Shown: positions 50,719-60,319, counted from the first letter of the stretch. The stretch is 64,000 nt of DNA from Candidatus Nomurabacteria bacterium GW2011_GWC2_42_20 (GCA_000998425.1 LCDG01000003.1:1619-65618), one strand, 5' to 3'. The notes: generated by a model from the letters alone, not told the origin. Numbers and translations are program-made.

Positions 50719-50759
50719 CGGCTTCAAAGGCCGCTGTCCTACCATTAGACGATCTCCCA
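50689..50759 (-). tRNA. tRNA-Gln (UUG)
   Basis: TGGGAGATCGTCTAATGGTAGGACAGCGGCCTTTGAAGCCGTCAATCTTGGTTCGATTCCAAGCCTCCCAG; cloverleaf, anticodon TTG, CCA not encoded. Confidence 0.95.
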
Positions 50760-50800
50760 AAGTTGCATTGTCTTACACAATACATTACCCATGCAACTGT

Positions 50801-51835
50801 TTACGCTCCACATATGCGGAGTAGCGCAATTTCCAAAGCAAGACCAGGCACGACTGCCACACGCACACTTTCGTAGGTTCGCAGGAGCTCTGCCAGCTCT
50901 TTTGATGTTAAGGTTTGAATTGCGTTTTTAGACATGTCTTCAATGAGCGCCATATCCTCTTGAGAAAAATCATCCGCCATTCCTTTGCGCGAGTCGGTAA
51001 CAAAACGAAACATCATTACCGCGCGCATTTTTCTAAGAAGAAGGTCAAGAAAAGTTTTTTCATCTACACCGCGTTCCATAGCAGTTTTTAATGATGTAAG
51101 TCCAGACGAAACATCACGGGCAACAATAGCGCGAAGGAACGAATTTACAAGGCGACTATCAGGCGCGCCTGTCACTTTCTCAACCTCCTCCTGTGAAATC
51201 TTTTTATCAGATGATGATGCGATAACCTTTTGCAAAATGCCAAGCGTATCGCGGAATGAACCATCTCCAAGAAGCGCAATAAGGCCCGCAGATGCTGGCT
51301 CTAATGTGTATCCCTCTTTTTTTGAAACAGTCTCAACGAGAGTTTTTAGTATTGCCTGAGAAGGTTTCTCAAAACGAAAACTCTGGCAACGCGAAACAAT
51401 TGTTTCTGGAATCTTATTTTCATCGGTAGTAGCTAGGATGAACACAACATGGCGTGGCGGTTCCTCAAGTGTTTTCAAGAGCGCAGGAAACGCCTCTCTC
51501 GAGAGCATGTGCGCCTCGTCGATAATGTATACTTTGTACGGAGAATGCATTGGCACCGTATGAACCGCGTCGCGAAGCGCGCGTATGTCGTCAATGCCAC
51601 GATTGGACGCAGCGTCAATTTCGTAAATGTCGTCATCGTGCGACCCTATCGCTCGTGCAAAGATGCGCGCAATAGAAGTCTTGCCAGTACCACGCGAGCC
51701 ACAAAAAAGATACGCATGAGAAATTGAACCTGCTTTAATAGCACCAAGTAGAGCTTTAATCACCTGCTCCTGCCCTATTACCTCTTCAAAAGTTTTTGGG
51801 CGATATTTCGTATACAGTGCGAGATTGGAAGACAT
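50801..51835 (-). CDS. dnaX: DNA polymerase III subunit gamma/tau
   Basis: LYTKYRP.TF.EVIGQ, HAYLF.G.RGTGKTS, EIDAASNRG, IIDEAHML, LLKTLEEPP, SRCQ. Confidence 0.96.
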   Translation of the reverse strand: MSSNLALYTKYRPKTFEEVIGQEQVIKALLGAIKAGSISHAYLFCGSRGTGKTSIARIFARAIGSHDDDIYEIDAASNRGIDDIRALRDAVHTVPMHSPYKVYIIDEAHMLSREAFPALLKTLEEPPRHVVFILATTDENKIPETIVSRCQSFRFEKPSQAILKTLVETVSKKEGYTLEPASAGLIALLGDGSFRDTLGILQKVIASSSDKKISQEEVEKVTGAPDSRLVNSFLRAIVARDVSSGLTSLKTAMERGVDEKTFLDLLLRKMRAVMMFRFVTDSRKGMADDFSQEDMALIEDMSKNAIQTLTSKELAELLRTYESVRVAVVPGLALEIALLRICGA

Positions 51836-51841
51836 GGTTGG

Positions 51842-51876
51842 TAGAATATAGAATATTGAATATAGAATATAGAATT
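51842..51876. repeat. Heptamer tandem repeat (TAGAATA)x5 upstream of dnaX
   Basis: tagaata tagaata ttgaata tagaata tagaatt. Confidence 0.85.
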
Positions 51877-51909
51877 AAATTCAATAATCGTTAGTATATC
51901 ACAAAGAAA

Positions 51910-51932
51910 AAACCCCGCGAAGTGCGGGGTTT
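51910..51932 (-). terminator. Terminator after 51961 ORF
   Basis: AAACCCCGC-GAAGT-GCGGGGTTT. Confidence 0.75.
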
Positions 51933-51960
51933 CAATTAGCTTCTTATTCTTACATCTTAC

Positions 51961-52206
51961 CTAATCTTGAACAACGGTCTTATTTTTTACAAATTCCATT
52001 TCGCTCAAAAGATTTCCATGTTTATTTTCGGCACTGAGCAATTCTTGACGGAGAGCATCTCTTTCGATACTCAGTTCAATCCTTTGCATAAGGTATGGAA
52101 GCTCGTCTATTTTTATTTGAACCTGTTTCAACCGTTCGCGTATCGCAGACTCTTCATTTTTTGCAAGGGTGCAGATGGAGCTCAGTTCTCCAATTTCCAT
52201 TTTCAT
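51961..52206 (-). CDS. Small coiled-coil hypothetical protein
   Basis: 81 aa; GAAAGG SD. Confidence 0.55.
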   Translation of the reverse strand: MKMEIGELSSICTLAKNEESAIRERLKQVQIKIDELPYLMQRIELSIERDALRQELLSAENKHGNLLSEMEFVKNKTVVQD

Positions 52207-52269
52207 AACACACCAAACCTTTCCTGTTTAAATGTTAGCAAATAGACTTTCCTAACTAGCAAACACAGT

Positions 52270-52644
52270 TCATGAGTAGTTAAGCAGGGTATTCTCACAA
52301 ATGGATGCGAGGGCAAAGCATTTCTGCAGGAAAGGTGAGTCCGAGATACTTATCCATTCTGGTGGTGTTTGCGAGAAGCTTGCTAGCTTGAACTTCTCGG
52401 CAAAATTAATTATTTCAACACCATCTGTTATTTCCTTGAGAATCGGTGCTGGATAATTATCAAATTCAAATAGACAATATTCTGCATATTCTAGATTGTC
52501 ATATGCAAAAACCCAATGACGCGAATCTGTAGTTTCTGCCGATGGCCGATATGCAAAGAAAATTCTCTTGTGCCCGTTTTCCGCCTTTACTTCAATGATC
52601 AAATTATGGCACTCAAAGTGCCGCACCACTTTCGCGAGAAGCAT
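52270..52644 (-). CDS. Hypothetical protein
   Basis: 124 aa; AAAGGTGG SD; TTGACG-17-TATTTT promoter. Confidence 0.6.
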   Translation of the reverse strand: MLLAKVVRHFECHNLIIEVKAENGHKRIFFAYRPSAETTDSRHWVFAYDNLEYAEYCLFEFDNYPAPILKEITDGVEIINFAEKFKLASFSQTPPEWISISDSPFLQKCFALASICENTLLNYS

Positions 52645-52712
52645 TTTGAGCCACCTTTCTTTTTAAAATTTACCTAATCAAAAAATACCACAACTAGCAG
52701 GTGACGTCAAAA

Positions 52713-53759
52713 CTAAATCGTCTTCAAAAAATCGCGAGCGATGCGCTCCACTTCATCGGCATTTTTTGCATCCATCATGTGTACGCGAAGCTCCTTTGCT
52801 CCGTCAAATCCATGCACGTATGCTTTATAGTGTTTTTTCATGATCGCAAAATTCTTTATGTCACCAAGAAGTTTTTCATAGAGATGCGTATGCTCAATGA
52901 GAATCTCAAATTTTTCTTCTAAGCTCGGAGGTTCTTTACGCATGCGGTCAAAAAGCCATGGAGTTCCAAACATAGCACGACCAAGCATCACACCGTCTGC
53001 TCCAGTTGCATCTACTTTTGATTTTGCATCGGCGAGGTCTTTTACGTCGCCATTACCAATGATTAGCGTACCCGTACCCTCTGCGAGTTTTTTAGCGCGT
53101 GCCACGTAGTCCCATTGCGCTGGAACAAGCGAGAGCTCCTTGCGTGTGCGCGCATGCACAGTGATCACAGCGGGTTTTGTTTCAAGTATTGCGCCGATCC
53201 ATTCCTCTAGACTTTCTTTGTTGTATCCGATACGTGTCTTTACAGACACAGGAAGCCCTCCAGCACCCTCCATTGTTGCTCGAATACATTCCTGAGCGAG
53301 TTTTGGATTTTTAATATGTGCTGCTCCTGCTCCTTGCTTCTCAATACTTTTGTCGGGGCAACCCATATTAATGTCTATACCATCAAAGCCGAGTTCTTTG
53401 ATAAGCTCTGCAGTTTTTTTCATATGCTCTGGGGTAGAACCAAAGATCTGCGCAACAATTGGATGTTCGTTTTTACTAAATGCAAGGTCGCGCTTTAAAA
53501 CCTCACGACCTGCGCTACAAAGACCGTCCGCAGAAACAAACTCTGTCCAAAAAACATCTGGGCCGCCACCTATCTCACCATGACGACTGTATTTTGCAAT
53601 CATCTGGCGGAACGCACAGTCGGTCACATCCGCCATCGGTGCAGACACAAAAAATGGCTTTGGCAATTTCGCCCAAAATCCCATATTTGGCGTCATAGAA
53701 TTATTTTTCACAACCTTACTCATTGCATGCACTCTAGCATACACAAACCAATCTTTCAT
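52713..53759 (-). CDS. tRNA-dihydrouridine synthase (Dus family)
   Basis: APMADVTD, TEFVS, QIFG, GIDINMGCP, PVSVKTRIG, VHART, GNGD; true start probably downstream of 53759. Confidence 0.93.
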   Translation of the reverse strand: MKDWFVYARVHAMSKVVKNNSMTPNMGFWAKLPKPFFVSAPMADVTDCAFRQMIAKYSRHGEIGGGPDVFWTEFVSADGLCSAGREVLKRDLAFSKNEHPIVAQIFGSTPEHMKKTAELIKELGFDGIDINMGCPDKSIEKQGAGAAHIKNPKLAQECIRATMEGAGGLPVSVKTRIGYNKESLEEWIGAILETKPAVITVHARTRKELSLVPAQWDYVARAKKLAEGTGTLIIGNGDVKDLADAKSKVDATGADGVMLGRAMFGTPWLFDRMRKEPPSLEEKFEILIEHTHLYEKLLGDIKNFAIMKKHYKAYVHGFDGAKELRVHMMDAKNADEVERIARDFLKTI

Positions 53760-53793
53760 CTATTGTATGACAGTAGATGATGAAAAGGTAAAC

Positions 53794-54654
53794 TTAATTT
53801 TCAAAACCGAAAATAACCTTGCTCCCAAATCTCATATCTATATAAAGAAGCTTTTTCTTTAAAGCTGTATTCTCTGGGAATTTGGCAGGGATTGATGAGA
53901 GAAGATTTTTTAGCAGATATTCAGGTTGAGAATCTTCCTTGAATCGTATCGTAACCCCATCAAGAAAAGGATGCTCTGCGCTCGTATGAATAGTAATCTC
54001 AAATTCTCCATTTTCCTTAACTAAAATACGAAATGGCCTTCCTATGTTGTCGCGAAGAATCCCAGAAAATTTGTCGGCAAATGCAAAACGATTAGTTGGA
54101 AGCGTGCTTCGCAAGTGCTCACCAATATTTTTTTCCACAAGCTCACTATAAAATTCAATATATATGCCACTTGGGAAAATTGGTGCTTGGTCAAAAACAA
54201 AACCATCCTTGTCTATAAACCAGCAATTCTTGGATTGATCTTTCTCGATATCAAATTGTGCACCACACCAAAGCGCATACGGCTTGCGCTCTGTTGCAAT
54301 GATTCCAATCGTATTATTATCAATGCGTTTTATGTGAACGCTTTCGAGTCTTGGAAATGTTTCTAGGAGAGCTTGCTCAATATCTTTTTTGGGGAACAAA
54401 TAACTATTTCCTCTAGAATATACAAAAAAATAATTACCAGTAAGCTTTTGACGAGCAATGGAGCGTACCATATCTTCTGATACAACATTTGTTTCAGAAA
54501 TTTCTATATTTTCGACTCGCCATTTAGCATTTTGCGATACACCCCCGCCAGCAACAAAAAATAGCAAAAAAAGCACTACAAGAATAAGTGTTTTACTTAA
54601 CCACACCCCAAAATGCTCTCTAATCTTATTAGCAACTGTGTGAAATCTTTCCAT
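53794..54654 (-). CDS. FtsQ/DivIB-like cell-division protein
   Basis: N-term TM, POTRA-like region, ER.P.ALWC, C-term YIDMRFG.KV. Confidence 0.75.
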   Translation of the reverse strand: MERFHTVANKIREHFGVWLSKTLILVVLFLLFFVAGGGVSQNAKWRVENIEISETNVVSEDMVRSIARQKLTGNYFFVYSRGNSYLFPKKDIEQALLETFPRLESVHIKRIDNNTIGIIATERKPYALWCGAQFDIEKDQSKNCWFIDKDGFVFDQAPIFPSGIYIEFYSELVEKNIGEHLRSTLPTNRFAFADKFSGILRDNIGRPFRILVKENGEFEITIHTSAEHPFLDGVTIRFKEDSQPEYLLKNLLSSIPAKFPENTALKKKLLYIDMRFGSKVIFGFEN

Positions 54655-54680
54655 AAAAAAGGAACTGTGTGGGGCTCACG

Positions 54681-55946
54681 TTATCCGATTTTTTCTTTAC
54701 CTCCCATATATGGGCGAAGAACCTCTGGAATAATAATGCTTCCGTCCTCCTGTTGGAAATTTTCAACAAGCGGTACGAGGATACGTGGACATGCAATCGC
54801 AGTGTTGTTGAGCGAGTGCGCGAAACGAAGCTTACCTTCGGCATCTCGATAACGAATATTCAAACGACGAGTCTGAAAGTCATGGAAGTATGAAGCCGAG
54901 TGAGTCTCACGATAAGTGTTTTGTGATGGTACCCATGCTTCGATGTCATATTTTTTAACCTGTCCAAGACCAAGGTCCCCACCACAGTTCAACACTACGT
55001 GATACGGAATGCCAAGCTTCTGCATCAGCTTCTCGCTATTCTCCGTGAGATACTCATGGAATTTCACGCTCTCCTCGTGGCTCGCCTCACACAGGATCAC
55101 TTGCTCCCATTTGAAAAATTCATGAACACGAATTAAGCCTTTTGTGTCCTTACTGTGGCTCCCCGCCTCACGTCTAAAACTCGTCGAGAATGAAATATAT
55201 TTTTTAGGAAAATCTGACAATGAGAGTACCTCGTCCATATGGTACCCCATTGTAGCCACCTCAGCAGTGCCTGCGAGAAAATCTCCGTCTTGAGTTTTAT
55301 AAAGATCTTCTTCACCCTGTGGCAAAAAACCAGTGCCAATGAGCGGTGCACGTCGTACAAGTGATGGCACAATCATCGGTTCGAATCCTTCTTTAGAAAG
55401 TTCGTTCAACACAAATTGCGAGAGTGCAAACACAAGCCTTGCTCCATCACCCTTCAAAACATAGCCACGAAAACCAGCGACCTTTGTCCCACGTTCAAAA
55501 TCCGCCATATCGTGTTTTTCAAAAAGCTCAATGTGATCTTTTGGTGTAAATGAAAATGTTGGAATTGTCCCCCATGTTCTTACCTCCACATTGTCAGAGT
55601 CTTCTTTACCATCAGGTACAGACATATCAGGAATATTTGGTACTTGAACCATGAGTCCGTGCCATGTTTTCATAATCTCAGCGAGCTCTTCCTCCTTTTT
55701 TTGCAGGATATCCTTTGCTGATTTTGATTCCGCGATAAGTTTTTCTCGCTCCTCTTGATTTATTGCGCGAGGAACAGCATTTGCAATTTCATTTTGCTTG
55801 CCACGCATTGCCTCAACATCTGCAAGATGAGCTCTGCGTGCATCGTCAACAGTGACGAGCTCTGAAACATCAAATGTGATATTTTTTTTCTGAGCTGCCT
55901 CCTTTACTAATTCTGCGTTCTCGCGAATAAATTTAATGTCTAACAT
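54681..55946 (-). CDS. serS: Serine--tRNA ligase
   Basis: MLDIKFIREN start (55946), LAGTAEV, FRREAG, GLIRVHEF, HSLNNTAIA.PR. Confidence 0.97.
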   Translation of the reverse strand: MLDIKFIRENAELVKEAAQKKNITFDVSELVTVDDARRAHLADVEAMRGKQNEIANAVPRAINQEEREKLIAESKSAKDILQKKEEELAEIMKTWHGLMVQVPNIPDMSVPDGKEDSDNVEVRTWGTIPTFSFTPKDHIELFEKHDMADFERGTKVAGFRGYVLKGDGARLVFALSQFVLNELSKEGFEPMIVPSLVRRAPLIGTGFLPQGEEDLYKTQDGDFLAGTAEVATMGYHMDEVLSLSDFPKKYISFSTSFRREAGSHSKDTKGLIRVHEFFKWEQVILCEASHEESVKFHEYLTENSEKLMQKLGIPYHVVLNCGGDLGLGQVKKYDIEAWVPSQNTYRETHSASYFHDFQTRRLNIRYRDAEGKLRFAHSLNNTAIACPRILVPLVENFQQEDGSIIIPEVLRPYMGGKEKIG

Positions 55947-55984
55947 ATCCTGAAGTATACCAAACATGATAGAATGAGTAAATA

Positions 55985-56857
55985 ATGAAGGCATCACATT
56001 CATACACCATTGATACGCTCTCACGCGAGGAATTCCCTCCTGCTCTTTTAGAAATCCCTCAGGTGCCAGAAAAACTCTTCGTTGCTGGTGAGCTACCCAA
56101 TCCTTCTGAATACTACTATTTGTCTGTTGTTGGCTCTCGAAAATACACGAGCTATGGGAAGGAGGTGTGTGAGCGAATTATATCTGGGCTCGCTGGATAT
56201 CCTATTTGTATTGTGTCTGGGCTCGCAATGGGTATTGATGGCATTGCACACCGTGCAGCACTCGATGCAGGACTTCGTACAATCGCTGTACCTGGCTCGG
56301 GACTTGATCAGTCTGTCATTTATCCGCGCACACATCTTGGGCTTGCAAAAGAAATTATAGAAAATGGTGGCACTCTTCTTTCTGAATATGAGCCGGACTT
56401 TCGTGCGACACCATGGAGCTTCCCACAGCGCAACAGGATCATGGCAGGACTCTCGCAAGGGGTTCTAATTATAGAGGCCGAGGAAAAATCTGGCACACTT
56501 ATCACCGCGCGCATGGCTCTCGACTACAACAGAAATGTATTTACTGTCCCGGGTCCGATTTTTTCTGCGACCTCAAAAGGGACGAACAATCTTTTGCGAC
56601 AAGGCGCTACGCCTATCACCTCTGCAAAAGATTTGCTTGAGGAGATTGGATTTATAGAGCAACAAACAGGCACCCTAGACCTCACACTTTTCACACCCGA
56701 AGAGCAAGCAATCATCATTTTACTCGACGAGCCTCTTGCGCGCGAAGACATCCTCGCATCACTCGACACTCCGCCAGCACAAACACTTTCAACCCTCACA
56801 GTACTAGAAATCAAAGGCGTGATCCATGAACGTATGGGGAAAATTGAACGAGTATAA
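55985..56857 (+). CDS. dprA: DNA processing protein DprA
   Basis: VVGSR..T.YG, VSGLA.GID..AH..AL, FPQRNRIMAGLS, EA..KSGTLITA. Confidence 0.95.
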   Translation: MKASHSYTIDTLSREEFPPALLEIPQVPEKLFVAGELPNPSEYYYLSVVGSRKYTSYGKEVCERIISGLAGYPICIVSGLAMGIDGIAHRAALDAGLRTIAVPGSGLDQSVIYPRTHLGLAKEIIENGGTLLSEYEPDFRATPWSFPQRNRIMAGLSQGVLIIEAEEKSGTLITARMALDYNRNVFTVPGPIFSATSKGTNNLLRQGATPITSAKDLLEEIGFIEQQTGTLDLTLFTPEEQAIIILLDEPLAREDILASLDTPPAQTLSTLTVLEIKGVIHERMGKIERV

Positions 56858-56962
56858 TTTCAAACTATCAGCCTCTTTTGTTTGACAAAAATATAATATA
56901 GTGCTATGCTTGCTTTAGAATCGTGACATTGTGTTGCGATAAATCCTAAGGAGGATCAAGAG

Positions 56963-57211
56963 ATGGACAGAGACTTTACCGTAATTGCAGTGCTTGTTGT
57001 AATCAGCGCAATTGCCGTGCTGGCAACAAAAGTGTACTTGGGTAACACTGTGGCTGGCATTGTCACAATTGTGGCAACAATTTTTGTCGCTGGCAAATGC
57101 CTTCTTTCATTAATGACAATAACAAAGCAAGAAAAAAATGCATTAGCCAAGAAGAATGGTTCTGAGGATATTTCATTCGCCCCGGTTGGGAGGATGTCTC
57201 AGTTCCCATAG
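56963..57211 (+). CDS. Small two-TM hypothetical protein (accessory cassette between dprA and topA)
   Basis: TTGACA-17-TATGCT promoter, AAGGAGG SD, terminator 57227-57263. Confidence 0.7.
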   Translation: MDRDFTVIAVLVVISAIAVLATKVYLGNTVAGIVTIVATIFVAGKCLLSLMTITKQEKNALAKKNGSEDISFAPVGRMSQFP

Positions 57212-57316
57212 CAGCAAAGTATGAATAATACCCTTTGCAAAACTAGGTTTTGTGAAGGGTATTTTTTTACTTTTCAATTTGCAAAATAAATCACTTCATA
57301 GTACTAATGTAATTTA

Positions 57317-59524
57317 ATGGCAACCAAACAATACAAACTCCTCATCGTAGAATCGCCGTCAAAGGCGAAGACTATTGGGAAATATCTTGGGGACGAATAT
57401 GTTGTAAAGGCGAGCGTTGGGCATATTCGCGACCTTCCAAAATCAAACAAGCAAGCTATCGATATCCCCGGGGGCTTTATTCCTTTTTACGAAATCTCAA
57501 AAGGTAAATCCGATGTGGTGCATGAGATTGACTCACTTGCAAAGAAAGCGAGCGAGGTGCTTCTTGCAACCGACCCTGACCGTGAAGGTGAGGCTATCGC
57601 ATGGCACATTGCAGAAGCATGCGGTCTAAAAAAACCAAAGCGTGTCACCTATCACGAGATCACCAAGAGTGCCATAGAGGAAGCCATCGCGCATCCACGC
57701 GAGATTGATGCCAACCTTGTGAAAGCGCAGGAGGCGCGACGCGTTCTAGACAGACTCGTGGGATACGACCTCTCGGGTCTCATTTGGAAAAAAGTTCGCT
57801 ACGGTCTCTCGGCAGGGCGCGTGCAATCCCCCGCTCTCCGCATTATCATGGAGCGCGAGCGTGAAATCCGTGCCTTTATTCCAGAGGCGTATTGGACCCT
57901 CACAGCAAAAGTAAAAACAATGAAAGGCGCCGAGCTTGAGCTTTCATGCACAGAGGAACCCAGTGATGAATCAATCGTAAAAAATATCCTAAAAATAGGT
58001 CGCGCAAATCAGTGGGTTGTGCGTGAGGTAAAAGAAAGCGAGGTGGGCCGTTCACCAAAGGCACCATTCATTACTTCTACACTTCAGCAGGCTGGTTCTT
58101 CACGCTTTGGATTTGCACCGTCACGCACTATGGGTATCGCGCAAAAGCTTTACGAAAAAGGTTTCATTACCTACATGCGTACCGACAGCACAACTCTCTC
58201 TAAAGACGCAACCACCGCGATACTTGCAGAAATTACGAAACGCTATGGCGCACAGTCAGCTGAGGCACGCGTGTATAAAACCAAGAGCAAAAATGCCCAA
58301 GAAGCGCACGAGGCTATACGCCCTACCGACGTGAGTAAGGACAACCTCGGCATCAATCCCGAAGAACAAAAGCTTTACCGTCTCATTTGGGCGCGAACCA
58401 TTGCATCACAAATGGTGGACGCGAAGCTTGCAAGAACAACAATACTCGCTAATGTGCGAGATTTCAGCGTGCCAAACTTTTCTGTCACTGGTTCGCGTGT
58501 CATCACACAAGGATGGCTTGCCGCAGATCCTGACTCTCGTAGTGAGGATGTCGAACTTCCAAAAGTTGCTGAAGGTGAGTCGCTCATTCTACTTTCTCTC
58601 GATGATGAGGCAAAATTTACCGAGCCACCAGGACGCTACTCTGAAGCAGGTCTCGTGAAGGAGCTTGAAAAGCGCGACATCGGTCGTCCTTCTACGTATG
58701 CGTCTATTATTAAAACGATTCAGGATCGTGGCTATGTCATTAAAGATGGTAAAGCACTCAAGCCGACAGACACGGGGGACGTCGTGAGCTCATTCCTCGA
58801 GGAACATTTTGCAAACTATATTTCAGACACCTTCACATCAGAGATGGAGAACAAGCTCGACGATATAGCAAACGGCGAGCGCGAGTATGTAAAAACACTC
58901 AAGGATTTTTATGGTCCATTTTCCAAAGACCTCAAGGCAAAAGACAAGTTAGATAAACAGACGACTCTCGGCGACGCAGACCCACAACACAAATGTCCAA
59001 AATGCAACAGCCCGATGATAATCAAGCTCGCGCGTACGGGGAAGTTTCTCTCGTGTAAAAAATATCCTGACTGCGACGGCGCGCGCATGATAGACGGCAC
59101 CGAGCTTGCCGGCCCGCGCGATACTGGAGAGCTTTGTCCAAAATGTGGAAAATCAAACCTATTTGAACGTGATGGGCGATTTGGAAGATTCATTGCCTGC
59201 GGCAATTATCCAAAATGTAAACATATTAAAAAAGACGAGACTGCCGCGCTCCTCAACCACACGGGTGTCCCCTGCCCAATGTGTAAAAAGGGTTTTATGA
59301 CAGAGCGCAAGGGTCGCTTTGGAATTTTTTATAGTTGTACTGGCTACCCAGACTGCAAAAATGCAATCAAAGCAAGGCCGACAGGCAGAATTTGTGAGTA
59401 TCCAAAAATTGACGGCACCCCTTGCGACTCACTCATGATGGAAGGCACGAAGACAATTCCAGAACGCTGTTCAAATAAATTGTGCCCAAACCATAATCCA
59501 CATAAACTAGAGAAGGTGAGCTAG
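57317..59524 (+). CDS. topA: DNA topoisomerase I
   Basis: IVESPSKAKTI, ATDPDREGEAI, SAGRVQS, ITYMRTDS, AQEAHEAIRPT, C-terminal Zn ribbons. Confidence 0.97.
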   Translation: MATKQYKLLIVESPSKAKTIGKYLGDEYVVKASVGHIRDLPKSNKQAIDIPGGFIPFYEISKGKSDVVHEIDSLAKKASEVLLATDPDREGEAIAWHIAEACGLKKPKRVTYHEITKSAIEEAIAHPREIDANLVKAQEARRVLDRLVGYDLSGLIWKKVRYGLSAGRVQSPALRIIMEREREIRAFIPEAYWTLTAKVKTMKGAELELSCTEEPSDESIVKNILKIGRANQWVVREVKESEVGRSPKAPFITSTLQQAGSSRFGFAPSRTMGIAQKLYEKGFITYMRTDSTTLSKDATTAILAEITKRYGAQSAEARVYKTKSKNAQEAHEAIRPTDVSKDNLGINPEEQKLYRLIWARTIASQMVDAKLARTTILANVRDFSVPNFSVTGSRVITQGWLAADPDSRSEDVELPKVAEGESLILLSLDDEAKFTEPPGRYSEAGLVKELEKRDIGRPSTYASIIKTIQDRGYVIKDGKALKPTDTGDVVSSFLEEHFANYISDTFTSEMENKLDDIANGEREYVKTLKDFYGPFSKDLKAKDKLDKQTTLGDADPQHKCPKCNSPMIIKLARTGKFLSCKKYPDCDGARMIDGTELAGPRDTGELCPKCGKSNLFERDGRFGRFIACGNYPKCKHIKKDETAALLNHTGVPCPMCKKGFMTERKGRFGIFYSCTGYPDCKNAIKARPTGRICEYPKIDGTPCDSLMMEGTKTIPERCSNKLCPNHNPHKLEKVS

Positions 59525-59661
59525 GAAGCATGCTTTGCGTGCGCAAATCGTCTTCGTGGGGCGGAGCTATATCGAGTGAAGCGAGATAATGAGCCGGGGT
59601 CGAGAGTACTTAGTCCGCGCAGTGTGTACACACACGAGCAGACTTAGTAACTCGTAACCAG
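59525..59661. other. Structured non-coding insert between topA and a duplicate of its 3' end
   Basis: Several palindromes plus a long imperfect hairpin (59598-59659); no ORF. Confidence 0.55.
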
Positions 59662-59662
59662 G

Positions 59663-59734
59663 ACAATACCCGAACGTTGCTCAAATAAACTTTGTCCCAA
59701 CCATAACCCGCACAAACTAGAGAAAATTAAGTAG
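59663..59734 (+). pseudogene. Orphan copy 2 of topA 3' end
   Basis: Encodes TIPERCSNKLCPNHNPHKLEKIK*; in-frame stop at 59648, no start codon. Confidence 0.9.
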
Positions 59735-59797
59735 ATTGACACATAAATAGAGAAAAGGTAGTCTTCAAAGAGACACATTCACATAGAGGAGATTGTA

Positions 59798-60094
59798 ATG
59801 ATTGAAACACTAGGAGTAATTATTCTGTTTGTATTTATTTACTACATTCTTCCCACTATAATTATATGTGGAGGATATTTGTTGTATAAAATCTGGTCAG
59901 CAAATCCGTATGAAGTCGAGAAGGTTCAGCAAATGAAACACACAGTAAAGCTTGCAAATGCAGGTAATCAAAATGCCATTCTTGCATGCGAAGAAGACTA
60001 TCAAATTAGAAAAAGCATACGCTATGTTGACGGGCAGATCATTGCTCACTACTCAGTCCCATCTTGGATGACTTTGCGTGCCTTCGGTTTCTAA
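59798..60094 (+). CDS. Small membrane protein, paralogue A
   Basis: TTGACA-17-TAGTCT (59736-59764), GAGGAG SD, N-term TM, terminator 60106-60135. Confidence 0.8.
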   Translation: MIETLGVIILFVFIYYILPTIIICGGYLLYKIWSANPYEVEKVQQMKHTVKLANAGNQNAILACEEDYQIRKSIRYVDGQIIAHYSVPSWMTLRAFGF

Positions 60095-60191
60095 GCGACA
60101 CCTTCGTCCCCATTTGCTCAAGCGCAGATGGGGACATTTTAAATTATAAAAACAAAAGGGATGGCTTCATCATTGCGTATGCGCAAAAAAA

Positions 60192-60263
60192 ACAATCCAC
60201 GAGAGGTGTAGTAATAAACTTTGCCCAAACCATAATCCACATAAACTCAATAAACCTGAATAA
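60192..60263 (+). pseudogene. Orphan copy 3 of topA 3' end
   Basis: Encodes TIHERCSNKLCPNHNPHKLNKPE*; in-frame stop at 60147, no in-frame start. Confidence 0.9.
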
Positions 60264-60319
60264 TTGACACTTATGGGCGATAAGTATAGTCTTTGATCTA
60301 GACACTATTTAAGGAGGTT

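Noticed and set aside
55947-56024. Apparent serS/dprA head-to-head overlap (also tgt/folA at 24045-24096)
   Set aside because: Artefact of longest-ORF starts; the motif-supported starts (55946, 24060, 24156) remove the overlaps.
60161-60263. Slippage at the A8 run joining ATG 60161 to topA copy 3
   Set aside because: No supporting evidence, and copy 2 has no equivalent, so it does not explain the conservation.
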